A stretch of 45,237 nucleotides of DNA from a virus, in the IMG/VR virus record IMGVR_UViG_3300043172_000354. One strand, written 5' to 3'. Shown piece by piece: positions 25,324 to 34,534 of this stretch (positions are counted from its first letter, which is position 1; the number at the start of each line of letters is the position of its first letter). Under the pieces are notes generated by a model that worked only from the letters and a program-made list of their open reading frames with translations, was not told the origin of the DNA and ran no database searches. The translations under genes were made by a program, and so were the position numbers.

Positions 25324-26901
25324 TTACAGTTGACTTAATCCCATTGCACAACAGTCATCTTCGACATAATCATCTTCGTCATGTTTCTTTATCGTCCCTT
25401 TGAAGCCTAAAACTTGACCGCCTATTTCGCCATAGCCGTAAACCATGCCAAGAGCCTGGAAAGCATCTGCGCCGTCGCAGCTCCAATCGTCCTCGGGTTT
25501 GTCCTTATACCTCTTTTGGTCCTCATCCCACTCAAACCGATAAAACGACAGGCATTTCACAAGTCTTGTCGTTTTCTTTACGTCAAAGTGGCATTGCGGG
25601 AGGATATCACGTGCAGCCTGAATACTATCTGACTTGTCTGCGACCCTTGGAACCTTTGTTACCTGGTCCACTCCCAACAATTCCTCGACTGTATCGATCA
25701 GCGGTGTTGCTGTTTCCCGGCTCCGTTTGGCTGAATCATGAGGGAAGTAGTGATGTCCATAAACGTATTCCTTGCTTTTAACAACCTTGCAATGGTACAC
25801 AATACCGCGATTAGCTTCCTCATGGTAATCAATGATTCGTATTTCTCTGTTGACGAACTGAGCAAAGATGATCGATGTTGGATGGCCAACGCCCAAGTCC
25901 CAGAAGGTGTATACTGGCTGGCTTTCGGTGTATGGCTGAAACCCGATGCGTCCTTCTTCTCTGACTTTCCCCATTTCTTCGCCAAATACCGCACCAACGA
26001 CAGCTTGTTCAAATGCTTCGGCTGGATAACTTGGGTGTTCACGCTTCATCAGCCGGCCAAGCCCATTCGACCCATCACGTTTTAACGCGTACCATGCTTG
26101 CTGGCCTGATGTTAATTCGATATTATGCTTCTTTGTAAGCTCCAAAAAGTACCGTTTTAGCTCATCAGATACATAAATGCCTTCAGGTTCGGTCGTGTTC
26201 TTTGGGTCATCATGCCAGGCGAAGAAGTGGAATTTACTTTGCATCTTGTTTAGATCGGTTCCGTTAAGCTCCGCAGCAGCAGTATCGGCTTGGGATTGAA
26301 CGCAAGCATCGTAGAAGTCACCAGCGCCACCCTCGGCAGTGCTTTCGTCGAAGAAATACGATCCTTCGTGGAGTGCCGGCAATGTACCAGTAAGAAGCTC
26401 GATCGCCTTTTGAGGGTATTTAGCACATATCTTACCACGTTCTGAGACGTGAAGGAACCGCAAGGTACTTGACCTCATCGACATTGCAACTCTGATCCCG
26501 CTGTTATTGCCGAATTTCAACTCGTTAGCGTTGGACTTCAATAGGGGTATTCTTTCGCGGATCATCTGCGGTAAGTTATCATAGGGGTATTTTACCTTTG
26601 TTGCGAATATCTTTTGTACCGCTTCTTTGGTGTGGGCTATGATGCCGGCTTCGATATTGTCATTGAATAAGCACATGTCCAGGCCGATGATGTCGATTAA
26701 CGTACTGAATCCATGCTGCCGGCTCTTAAGTATCTCGTTCCAATACCATTTTTCGTCCCAGAATTTGCTTTGTGCGAACCTCATTTCAAACTTGACACGC
26801 TCGGAATGCTCATTGATCACCCAATACAGGTTGTTAATACGCCAGTACGGGTCTTCGAGGTTCTTTACAAGCTCAGGTGGTAGTGTTGATTTATATCCCA
26901 T
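25324..26901 (-). CDS. terL: Terminase large subunit
   Basis: 525 aa. ILKSRQHGFSTLI (Walker A-like), LRFLHVSERG (Walker B/coupling) and FFDESTAEG mark the ATPase. The C-terminal nuclease shows HYFPHDSAKR ... DGADAF. It is adjacent to the small subunit and upstream of the portal. Confidence 0.9.
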   Translation of the reverse strand: MGYKSTLPPELVKNLEDPYWRINNLYWVINEHSERVKFEMRFAQSKFWDEKWYWNEILKSRQHGFSTLIDIIGLDMCLFNDNIEAGIIAHTKEAVQKIFATKVKYPYDNLPQMIRERIPLLKSNANELKFGNNSGIRVAMSMRSSTLRFLHVSERGKICAKYPQKAIELLTGTLPALHEGSYFFDESTAEGGAGDFYDACVQSQADTAAAELNGTDLNKMQSKFHFFAWHDDPKNTTEPEGIYVSDELKRYFLELTKKHNIELTSGQQAWYALKRDGSNGLGRLMKREHPSYPAEAFEQAVVGAVFGEEMGKVREEGRIGFQPYTESQPVYTFWDLGVGHPTSIIFAQFVNREIRIIDYHEEANRGIVYHCKVVKSKEYVYGHHYFPHDSAKRSRETATPLIDTVEELLGVDQVTKVPRVADKSDSIQAARDILPQCHFDVKKTTRLVKCLSFYRFEWDEDQKRYKDKPEDDWSCDGADAFQALGMVYGYGEIGGQVLGFKGTIKKHDEDDYVEDDCCAMGLSQL

Positions 26902-27105
26902 TTATGCCTTCTTTGTGCTCATATATTCAAGTATTCCATTAAAGTCGTCAACACTGGAATGCGTTTCGACTACCATGAGAATATCCAAAATGTCCGACCT
27001 GCTTAATGTTTTGCTGTGAAACATACCTTCCAACCTGAAACCATACCTTAGTTCTTTTGGGCCAGTATTGCGGCCAATCTCTTTTTTTGGGCTAAAGTCA
27101 TTCAT
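26902..27105 (-). CDS. Hypothetical protein
   Basis: 67 aa. Its stop abuts the terL ATG (TAAATG), and its start is ATGA-coupled. Confidence 0.4.
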   Translation of the reverse strand: MNDFSPKKEIGRNTGPKELRYGFRLEGMFHSKTLSRSDILDILMVVETHSSVDDFNGILEYMSTKKA

Positions 27106-27356
27106 CGAATCGCCGTTTCTATCGAATGCGTAGGGTTTACACCGCTACAAACCTCATTTATGTAATCAGAAAGGGGATTGCCTTCTGGAGCAATCGATCG
27201 TTTATCAAATATACGCCTAGTAAACAGGTTTATGCGGTCACTAATCGTCGTTGCTAGCTCTTTACTCACGTTTATAGATTCTTCAGCGTCACCGTCGCGG
27301 CATCCGTAATTATCTATGAGGTATTGCCCTTCGGCTTCTATTTCTGATTGTTCCAT
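27102..27356 (-). CDS. Hypothetical protein
   Basis: The start is moved to ATG 27356 (MEQSEIEAEG...), 14 nt after the terS stop. The track start at 27413 would overlap terS by 41 nt. Confidence 0.4.
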   Translation of the reverse strand: MEQSEIEAEGQYLIDNYGCRDGDAEESINVSKELATTISDRINLFTRRIFDKRSIAPEGNPLSDYINEVCSGVNPTHSIETAIR

Positions 27357-27372
27357 CGTCGCATACCCGCTT

Positions 27373-27795
27373 TTACACTTTGTTTTGAGTTTTAATCGGA
27401 AGGCAAGCGCCAACGCCGCCTATTTCCTTCATCAGAGTTGCCAGGTCATCAGTTATACCTATCGTATCTTCACGTTTATCTTTTTGGCCAAGTTCATTCT
27501 TACCTAGGAAGATCAATAAAGCTGGATTACCGTTCTTTGCGGCTTTCATTTGGTGTTTTCTAAGGGTATTTTTTCGTTCTGCCCTTTTCTTTGTTAAAAC
27601 TCCACGGAAATTATCTACTAATGTTTGCAGGGGAATATCCATGATACTTGCTATTGTGTTGTTTTGGCATCCATTTAGTGCCAATGTATTCATTTTCTTG
27701 ATTTGTGCAGGTGTAAAGACTCTTTTGGGCTTACCGACCTTGCCTTCGGGCTTGTTCTTCTTGGCTGTTTTCTTTTTAGCGGTCTTTTTAGCCAT
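27373..27795 (-). CDS. terS: Terminase small subunit
   Basis: 140 aa. A basic N-terminus is followed by an HTH-like segment (TPAQIKKMNTLALNGCQNNTIASIMDIPLQTLVDNF) and the characteristic ALLIFLGKNELGQKD motif. It is located upstream of terL. Confidence 0.75.
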   Translation of the reverse strand: MAKKTAKKKTAKKNKPEGKVGKPKRVFTPAQIKKMNTLALNGCQNNTIASIMDIPLQTLVDNFRGVLTKKRAERKNTLRKHQMKAAKNGNPALLIFLGKNELGQKDKREDTIGITDDLATLMKEIGGVGACLPIKTQNKV

Positions 27796-28003
27796 TCGGT
27801 AAAACCTTTTCCAGTTTATAGAGTGCTTGTTCTGTTTCTGCGATTGCTTGCTTTAGGTCTGTGTCCGATTCGCCTTCAAAGGCATTTAATCCGCTTCTGA
27901 AGTGTTCGATCTGGCTTTTCAAGTTTCCAATTCGATCATCCATATTTAAAGTAATAACACAAATATCGAACTTGTCAACAGAAATGATGTAATTTATCAA
28001 CAT
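27788..28003 (-). CDS. Hypothetical coiled-coil protein (first ORF of the minus arm)
   Basis: 71-aa ORF with no clear SD. An alternative Met at 27943 is possible. Confidence 0.3.
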   Translation of the reverse strand: MLINYIISVDKFDICVITLNMDDRIGNLKSQIEHFRSGLNAFEGESDTDLKQAIAETEQALYKLEKVLPNG

Positions 28004-28197
28004 TTATTTTCTGATGACGCTTTAAATCAACACAGATCTTCTTTTGAATTAACACAATTCTGCTGATATTACCCTGTTTTAGCACTATCCTGCTGACATT
28101 TGCCAATTTCGGGTTTTTCTGTTGGAGATTCTTATTTTATGCCCGATACTATTATCAGAGCAAGTAAACAATACTTTTTATTTAAGGAACTGGACAC
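28004..28197. promoter_or_regulatory. Divergent control region with three degenerate direct repeats
   Basis: This 194-bp gap separates the two oppositely oriented arms. ttaacacaattctgctgatatt (28049-28070) and ttagcactatcctgctgacatt (28079-28100) match at 18 of 22 positions. A weaker third copy starts at tcaacaca (28027). Confidence 0.5.
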
Positions 28198-28410
28198 ATG
28201 AAAACTGATGCACAACGCAAGCATGAATCATTTCTTTCTGTTAAGAACATGCACTTAGACGGGAAAGATCCTCATATTATTAAAGGTCGTATCGGCTTTA
28301 CTTATGCTGGTGCTTTTGCTGTTTGGTCTGTCTTAAAAAATGGGATCTGGACTGCATGTAGTCACAAGCCTAAAACAACAGAAACCCGAACCACAATGGA
28401 ACTAGTCTAA
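28198..28410 (+). CDS. Hypothetical early protein
   Basis: 70 aa, preceded by AAGGAACTGGA + 3 nt + ATG. Confidence 0.5.
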   Translation: MKTDAQRKHESFLSVKNMHLDGKDPHIIKGRIGFTYAGAFAVWSVLKNGIWTACSHKPKTTETRTTMELV

Positions 28411-28482
28411 AATGCTTAAGGCCGGGCCGGTCACACGGTCTGAGCTTAAATATTTTATTACTTTAATGAAGGAACTGGAAAA

Positions 28483-29832
28483 ATGACACAGAAACAGAAA
28501 GAACGAAATCAGGATTTGCGGAATAAATGGAATCACGCAAAACAGCTGCTTAATGATAAGGCTATCAGTGAGATCGAAGCAATCATGCACACCCACGGCC
28601 TCAACTTTTCGCCTACTGGCTATAAGATCGTCGCTATGGAAATGGCACAACAAAAGCTTGAAGGCATTCCATACGTAGATGCAAAGACTTATAAGGGCTG
28701 GTTGGAAAATGGTTTCCAGGTTCGTAAGGGCGAAAAATCAACACTTGGATCGATTACTTGGGTTGGCGTTGGCAAGAAAGAGCCGACACCAGCAAAGCCA
28801 GAAGGCAAATCAGGCTTTTTGTTCCCTAAGAGTTATAACCTTTTCCATCGGTCTCAGGTTGACGCGGTAGGATCACCCACTGACAAACCAACTAAATCAC
28901 CAGAAAAGCGTGTTTATGCTGAGAAAAAGCAATCAAACGCTAAATTCCTATCTATGGCCAATACTTTAACGGCTCAAATTGAAAATAAGATGCGGCCAAT
29001 GACACAAAATCCAACTCCAAAGCGTAATCGCGAATATGCAAGCCGTCTTTGGGAGGGTGGCAACTTGCAAAGGCTTCAAAAGCTTTTACTTGCTATGGCC
29101 GATCGCATTGACAATGACACGCTGCCCGCTGAACTGGCAGGAATAACCAAGAGATCAGACCTTGCAAAACTGGTTTATAAATCCACTAATTCAAGTGATG
29201 GATATTATTCTTGTACCGTTGCCGATGCTTACTCTTATGGCACGCCTGAAGCTTTATCAGCCCAAAAGCTTATTGAAGGCAACCCCGAAGAAGAACGCAA
29301 GCAGCAGGAATTGAACGAAATAAACCAGATGAAGCAATCTTTGTTGTTGCAGAAAATCGATGATTTCTTTCCTACTCCTGATATTATCATTGAAAGAATG
29401 GTTGATCTCGCTGGTATCGAAGAAAACGAATCTGTTTTAGAGCCCAGCGCCGGAATGGGCAACATGTTGGAGTTTTTGCCCGATCGAACTATTGCAGTTG
29501 AACAAAATTTCAGTCTTTTTACATACTTAAAGCGGGTTCGCCCGGATCATACCGTCCTGCAGGATGACTTTTTAGCCCTGAACGGTAATCTTGGTAAGTT
29601 TGACAAAATCGTTATGAATCCGCCATTTAGCAGGGGCGCAGACATAAAGCACATCAAACACGCTTTAGCCCATTTAAACGAAGGTGGCAAACTTGTTGCT
29701 TTATGTGCTAACGGTCCCCGCCAGGCTAAAGAGTTAATGCCCTTGGCTGATCTTTGGGAAGACTTGCCAGCAGGTAGCTTTAAAGAAGCAGGAACCGGCG
29801 TAAATGTTGCATTGCTGGTTATCCAAAACTAA
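28483..29832 (+). CDS. ArdC-N-like ssDNA-binding domain fused to an N6-adenine-type SAM-dependent DNA methyltransferase
   Basis: N-terminal: YVDAKTYKGWLENGFQVRKGEKSTLGSITWV resembles the ArdC N-domain (..tf.qW...G..VrKGEK). C-terminal: VLEPSAGMGNM (motif I) and IVMNPPF (motif IV). Confidence 0.7.
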   Translation: MTQKQKERNQDLRNKWNHAKQLLNDKAISEIEAIMHTHGLNFSPTGYKIVAMEMAQQKLEGIPYVDAKTYKGWLENGFQVRKGEKSTLGSITWVGVGKKEPTPAKPEGKSGFLFPKSYNLFHRSQVDAVGSPTDKPTKSPEKRVYAEKKQSNAKFLSMANTLTAQIENKMRPMTQNPTPKRNREYASRLWEGGNLQRLQKLLLAMADRIDNDTLPAELAGITKRSDLAKLVYKSTNSSDGYYSCTVADAYSYGTPEALSAQKLIEGNPEEERKQQELNEINQMKQSLLLQKIDDFFPTPDIIIERMVDLAGIEENESVLEPSAGMGNMLEFLPDRTIAVEQNFSLFTYLKRVRPDHTVLQDDFLALNGNLGKFDKIVMNPPFSRGADIKHIKHALAHLNEGGKLVALCANGPRQAKELMPLADLWEDLPAGSFKEAGTGVNVALLVIQN

Positions 29833-29843
29833 ACCAGTTCCAG

Positions 29844-29885
29844 GCCCTCCCCTTTCCTGCGTAGGGATCGGGCGGGGGCTTTTTA
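29844..29885 (+). terminator. Probable rho-independent terminator
   Basis: gccctcccc ... gggcgggggc forms a stem with one mismatch and one G-U pair, followed by TTTTT. Confidence 0.5.
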
Positions 29886-29907
29886 TTACTTTTTAAGGAC
29901 ACGAAAA

Positions 29908-30162
29908 ATGATCAAATTCCAAGCAATACGACTTCACAACGGTAGACCGGTAGCAACTAGGGTCGATGGCAAAAAGAAACTTGCGACATTTAAATGTCTT
30001 GCGAGTGAGTTTTTACTTGTCGCTGGCAGCCTGAAACCTCGATTTGAAACAATTGAATGCGAGATAATCGGCGTACCGCTGCAAATCCCCACCAATGGCG
30101 CAATCAAAATCCGCCCCCGCCAATTGTTCACTCGGTTCTTTGATTTCTATGAGGTGAAATAG
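29908..30162 (+). CDS. Hypothetical protein
   Basis: 84-aa ORF with AAGGA upstream. Confidence 0.45.
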   Translation: MIKFQAIRLHNGRPVATRVDGKKKLATFKCLASEFLLVAGSLKPRFETIECEIIGVPLQIPTNGAIKIRPRQLFTRFFDFYEVK

Positions 30163-30575
30163 TGAAACCACTGAAAGCCATAAAATCATTCTTTTCCGGA
30201 CTTCTCGCTACAGTTTCCCCGAAGAACTTCGCCGATTGTGGCGTAAAGGTTAAGCGGCCTACTGGAAAGTTTTTATCCTGCACGCCTCATTGTGCGTATT
30301 GCCAAAAGGTATTCGCTTGGAGCAAGGGTGGCATGGAGGGTATTTTGCCTGAAACGACCGCATTAGTCATGGAGCATGTATCACATTGCCCGGCAAATCC
30401 TCTCGTACAGAAGCTTGACGCCGCTGCTGAAGCTCTCAGGCGGATTGAGTGCTTGACGCATGAGACGGCAAATCTCAGAGACCTCGAAGTAGTGTCCCAC
30501 AAAGACGAAATAATGCTTTCGGTAGCTACGCACAAAATCGCTCAAGAAGCTTGGCGGGCAACTCAGGAAAACTAA
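30162..30575 (+). CDS. Hypothetical Cys/His-rich protein
   Basis: 137 aa with a GTG start overlapping the previous stop. Motif C..HC..C ... HVSHC. Confidence 0.4.
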   Translation: MKPLKAIKSFFSGLLATVSPKNFADCGVKVKRPTGKFLSCTPHCAYCQKVFAWSKGGMEGILPETTALVMEHVSHCPANPLVQKLDAAAEALRRIECLTHETANLRDLEVVSHKDEIMLSVATHKIAQEAWRATQEN

Positions 30576-30619
30576 AATTAACTAAATTAGTATGAAATCA
30601 GTATTTGAAAGGTTGAACA

Positions 30620-32635
30620 ATGAAGAAGATTAAATTAGTAAAAATGGTTCTCAATAACTTCAAAGGTGTCAAGAAGTTCACTTTTGAGCCAAACGGCGAG
30701 AATGCCATCGTATCAGCTGCAAACGGTATCGGCAAGACCACCCTGAAAGATTCTTATCTGTGGTGTTTATTCGGTAAAAACGCGGAAGGCGATTCTAAGT
30801 TTGGGTTGCGCCCGGTCGATAAGGACAATAAGGCGATTAAGGGGCTTACGGTGTCTGTTGAGCTTACTCTTAATATTGACGGTAAAGTCAGCGTTTTCAG
30901 TAAGAAGCACAAAGAGAAGATCGTCAAAAAGCAAATGAAGGGCTTTACTCTTGTATGCTCGATCGACGAGGTTGACTTGCCTATCACGAAGTATGATGCT
31001 CGTATCGCTGAAATCATTCCTTTTGATCCGTTCAAAATCCTTTCGGACCCGTATTACTTCAACAACGAAGATAAGTTCCCCTGGCTGAAACGTCGCGGTG
31101 TTCTTCTTGAGCTTGCTGGTGAACTCGGGGATCCCGAAGGCTTTGACGATTTGCTTGCTGCTCTTGAAGGCCGGCCAATGGACGATTACAAGAAAGTCCT
31201 GAAGACTCGTATCAAAGCGGCAACAGTTCGCCGTGACGAGATCAACCCGCGTATCGATGAAAACCAGCTTAAGCTTGATGATTATGCGGAAACTGCGGTT
31301 GATACCACCAAGCTCGACAAGAGCCGTCACGACTTAATCGGCGAAATAGCTGCACTGGACCTGAATCGGAATAACATTATCGCCGATCAAGATGCTCGAC
31401 AAGGCAAAATCGACGATATTAACGAGCTCAAAGACTCGCTGGCTGAACTTATCCGGGAACTTAAAGCGGATGGTTCAGCAGTTACGGCTCTTATTGCAGA
31501 AAAAACAAAGATCGTCACGGGCGTTGCTGGCAAGCAGGCTGCTTTTGATAAGGCTGGTCAGGCTGTAGAAAATAAAACGGATGACATTGAGATTGCGAAA
31601 GAGCGGCTTAAGACATTGCAGGGTTATCTCAATGTCGCGCGGAATGATTACAAGGAAGCTAAAGATAAATCTATTCAAGAATTGCCAGCCATAGAAGGCG
31701 TTTGCTTTAATTGCGAACAAGGACTGCCCGAGCCTATGAAAGAAAACGCTGGGAATGAGCGACAAAAGGCAATGGATTTACTTTATGCTTCAAAAGTGGC
31801 CGCTCTTAGAACCCTTGCTGAATCCGGTGCAGCTGCAAACGATAAAGTCCAGGGTCAACTTTTAGTCATCAAGGTTATGGAAGAAACCGACCTTCCGGAG
31901 CTTTTGGAATTGCAAGACAAGGCTGAAATCGAGCTTACCGAAGCTGAAGACTACTCGAAGCAAAGAGTAACCGGGATCGATGAACAATTGGCCGGGACTC
32001 CTGACGTGGACACAAGCAAGGACGCCGGCTGTATTAAGCTCAATGAGCAGATAGCCACTGCCGAAACCGACCTCGGGGATCCACCAGCCGACCAGTTGAC
32101 ACAGATCGAAGCTGATCGAACTGAAGCCAGCGAGAAAATCGAAGCCATCAACAAGCAACTTCTTGAGGCTGATGCAGCCAAAGCGATCAAGCCTCGTATT
32201 GACGAACTCATGAAAGAGGAAACCGAAATCGGCCAGCAAATCGCCGGTTGGGAATCAGAGCTTGAAGATATCAAGAATTACACTCAAGCGGAATGCCTCC
32301 TGATCGAATCTGCTATTAACGGCAAATTCAAGCATGTTAAATGGCGTTTGTTCAAGGAATTGCTGAAAAAGAAAGATTTGTCAGACGAAGCCGACACCGT
32401 TCCTTGCTGCGATGCGATGCTTAATGGCGTTGCTTATAGCGATATGAGCGATGGCCAGAAGATATTCGCCGGTATCGACATTATTAACGTACTTTCAGAG
32501 CATTACGGTTTGTCAGTGCCTTTATTTATCGACAGAGCCGAGACTTTCACGATGGAACGTGAATCCACCGGCCAGGTAATCGAACTTCACGCGGTCAAAG
32601 GAGTGACTGCGTTGAAGGTTAAAGTTGAAAAGTGA
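30620..32635 (+). CDS. Rad50/SbcC-like SMC-family ATPase with zinc hook
   Basis: LNNFKGVKKFTFEP...VSAANGIGKTTL covers the N-terminal Walker A. A ~350-aa coiled coil is interrupted by CFNCEQGLP (a CxxC hook). The C-terminus has SDGQKIF (signature) and PLFIDRAE (Walker B). Confidence 0.8.
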   Translation: MKKIKLVKMVLNNFKGVKKFTFEPNGENAIVSAANGIGKTTLKDSYLWCLFGKNAEGDSKFGLRPVDKDNKAIKGLTVSVELTLNIDGKVSVFSKKHKEKIVKKQMKGFTLVCSIDEVDLPITKYDARIAEIIPFDPFKILSDPYYFNNEDKFPWLKRRGVLLELAGELGDPEGFDDLLAALEGRPMDDYKKVLKTRIKAATVRRDEINPRIDENQLKLDDYAETAVDTTKLDKSRHDLIGEIAALDLNRNNIIADQDARQGKIDDINELKDSLAELIRELKADGSAVTALIAEKTKIVTGVAGKQAAFDKAGQAVENKTDDIEIAKERLKTLQGYLNVARNDYKEAKDKSIQELPAIEGVCFNCEQGLPEPMKENAGNERQKAMDLLYASKVAALRTLAESGAAANDKVQGQLLVIKVMEETDLPELLELQDKAEIELTEAEDYSKQRVTGIDEQLAGTPDVDTSKDAGCIKLNEQIATAETDLGDPPADQLTQIEADRTEASEKIEAINKQLLEADAAKAIKPRIDELMKEETEIGQQIAGWESELEDIKNYTQAECLLIESAINGKFKHVKWRLFKELLKKKDLSDEADTVPCCDAMLNGVAYSDMSDGQKIFAGIDIINVLSEHYGLSVPLFIDRAETFTMERESTGQVIELHAVKGVTALKVKVEK

Positions 32636-32645
32636 TCATAACTTG

Positions 32646-32695
32646 GCCCGGCTGTTGGACTATCATACGCCGACAGTTTGACAGTTGGGCTTTTT
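32646..32695 (+). terminator. Rho-independent terminator
   Basis: gcccggctgt / acagttgggc forms a 10-bp stem (two G-U pairs), followed by TTTTT. Confidence 0.55.
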
Positions 32696-32718
32696 AATAA
32701 ATTTATGGAGATATACAA

Positions 32719-32898
32719 ATGGAAATTCATGACCTAATAAAAGATTTCAAAGATACTGAAATTAAGATGATTAGAGCAAAGCTGAAACTTGAGGGTGCTG
32801 TTAGAAAGCATAAGGCTGCTTGCAAGGCCGTAATACGTTGCAGTGACGCCTCTAAGGGCTTTAAGAAAGTAGCTCGTAATGTCATGGAACAACAGTAA
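32719..32898 (+). CDS. Small hypothetical protein (59 aa, below the track cutoff)
   Basis: ATG at 32719 with GGAG 8 nt upstream. The frame is open to TAA at 32896-32898 and fills the gap before recT. Confidence 0.4.
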   Translation: MEIHDLIKDFKDTEIKMIRAKLKLEGAVRKHKAACKAVIRCSDASKGFKKVARNVMEQQ

Positions 32899-32931
32899 CC
32901 CTAAATACTTATAGATAAAGGAAGTAGCGAA

Positions 32932-33843
32932 ATGAACTATAACAACCAATTAGCACCACAAAAAGAAATGACATTAAATCAGTACCTTAGAGCGCCAGCA
33001 GTAGTAACTATGCTTTCCGAAAAGTTGGGACTCAAGGAATCGAAGCTTTTCGGCACTGCTTTGGCATCGGCTACCATGACGAATAAGAAATTGATGGAAT
33101 GTACCAACGATTCACTTTTGAACAGCGCAATGATCGGACACAGCTTAGGTTTGCCACCTTCGCCGCAACTGGGTTATTATTACATGGTTCCGTATAAGAA
33201 CAAAGGCGTAATGGAAGCCAATTTTCAAATCGGCTACAAAGGATATATTCAGCTTGCAATGCGGTCCGGCTCATACAAGAAATTGAATGTTGTCGCTGTT
33301 AAGCAAGGTGAGTTTGTCGCATGGAATCCACTGACCGAAACCTTTGTGGCTAATTTTATGGACGATCCTGTTGAGCGAGAAGGTGCTGCGACTATCGGTT
33401 ATTGCGGTTTCTTTCAGTACACCAACGGTTTTGAGAAAACTGTTTACTGGACCCGTCAAGCTATAGAAACACACGCCGATAAATATTCTATGGCTTACAG
33501 TCTTGACAGACACAAGCTATTGAAAGCCGGAAAGGTTCCCAGTAAGGATATGTGGAAATATTCAAGTTTCTGGTATAAGGATTTTGATGTTATGGCTCTC
33601 AAGACCGTCATACGTAACATGCTTAGTAAATGGGGCATAATGTCAGTGGAAATGCAGTCAGCCTACGAACAAGACGTTCAGGCAGAATGTCTCAGTTATG
33701 ACCAGGTGCAAGCTCAGTCGCAGAACACCATCGCCGACAAAGCTGGTAGTGAAGTTACCGAAGCCAACTTTGAAGACCAGCAGCCAGAAAAGGAACCCGA
33801 ACCAAAGGTTTCCGCTGACGGCATTAACGAAGACTGGATGTAA
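32932..33843 (+). CDS. recT: RecT-family single-strand annealing protein
   Basis: NSAMIGHSLGLPPSPQLGYYYMVPYKNKGVMEANFQIGYKGYIQLAMRSGSYK is a strong RecT signature. The C-terminal tail is acidic. Confidence 0.85.
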   Translation: MNYNNQLAPQKEMTLNQYLRAPAVVTMLSEKLGLKESKLFGTALASATMTNKKLMECTNDSLLNSAMIGHSLGLPPSPQLGYYYMVPYKNKGVMEANFQIGYKGYIQLAMRSGSYKKLNVVAVKQGEFVAWNPLTETFVANFMDDPVEREGAATIGYCGFFQYTNGFEKTVYWTRQAIETHADKYSMAYSLDRHKLLKAGKVPSKDMWKYSSFWYKDFDVMALKTVIRNMLSKWGIMSVEMQSAYEQDVQAECLSYDQVQAQSQNTIADKAGSEVTEANFEDQQPEKEPEPKVSADGINEDWM

Positions 33844-33883
33844 TAAATAAATCAATTTTAATCATTTTTTGAAAGGGAAGTAA

Positions 33884-34534
33884 ATGATCGTTACAAATGA
33901 CAAAGAACGTATTAGGGCTCTATTAGAGTCCACCAACAGGGAGGGAATGGATGGCCTCATAGGATGGCTCTTGACTCAGGGGTTCTTTGAAGCTCCGGCG
34001 TCAACGAAATTCCACGGCTGTTACGAAGGTGGCTTGGCGAAGCACTCGCTTGGTGTTTATGATCACTTGCTGGCTATGATCAAGGGTATGACGCTCGATG
34101 CTGTTGACTTCAACGGACAGAAGCCTCTTGAGATCACCAAGGACACTGTGATTATCGCGGCATTGCTCCATGACGTTTGCAAGGTCAATCAGTATCTTGG
34201 CACTGAAAAGCCGTACAAGTGGAACGGGAAGAACCCTGAAGGCCACGCAAAGCTTTCGATTGCTCGCATTAAGGAGCATATCGAGCTTACAGACCTTGAA
34301 GAAATGATGATCCGTTATCATATGGGTATTTATGGCCTCGTTGAGTATGGCGAGTATCATCTTCTTGGCGATTACACTGATTGTCCTTTCGACAAGAAGA
34401 CCCAAAAAGAGGAACGCCAAAAATGGGGCTACGGAAGATCGTTGCGCAACGCTTGGTATCACAATCCTATCGTCAAGCAAATGTATTTCGCAGACGAAAG
34501 AGCTACTTTGGAGGAAAAAGCACTTGAAGTTTAA
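33884..34534 (+). CDS. HD-domain phosphohydrolase
   Basis: FHGCYEGGLAKHSL ... IIAALLHDVCK ... RYHMG fits the H..HD..D pattern. Confidence 0.75.
   Translation: MIVTNDKERIRALLESTNREGMDGLIGWLLTQGFFEAPASTKFHGCYEGGLAKHSLGVYDHLLAMIKGMTLDAVDFNGQKPLEITKDTVIIAALLHDVCKVNQYLGTEKPYKWNGKNPEGHAKLSIARIKEHIELTDLEEMMIRYHMGIYGLVEYGEYHLLGDYTDCPFDKKTQKEERQKWGYGRSLRNAWYHNPIVKQMYFADERATLEEKALEV

Noticed and set aside
34332-34523. Long 5' extension of the MBL-fold ORF given by the track
   Set aside because: The extension lies wholly inside the HD gene in another frame. TTG 34524 with GGAGG upstream gives the canonical MBL N-terminus (KFKQIYSGSSGN).
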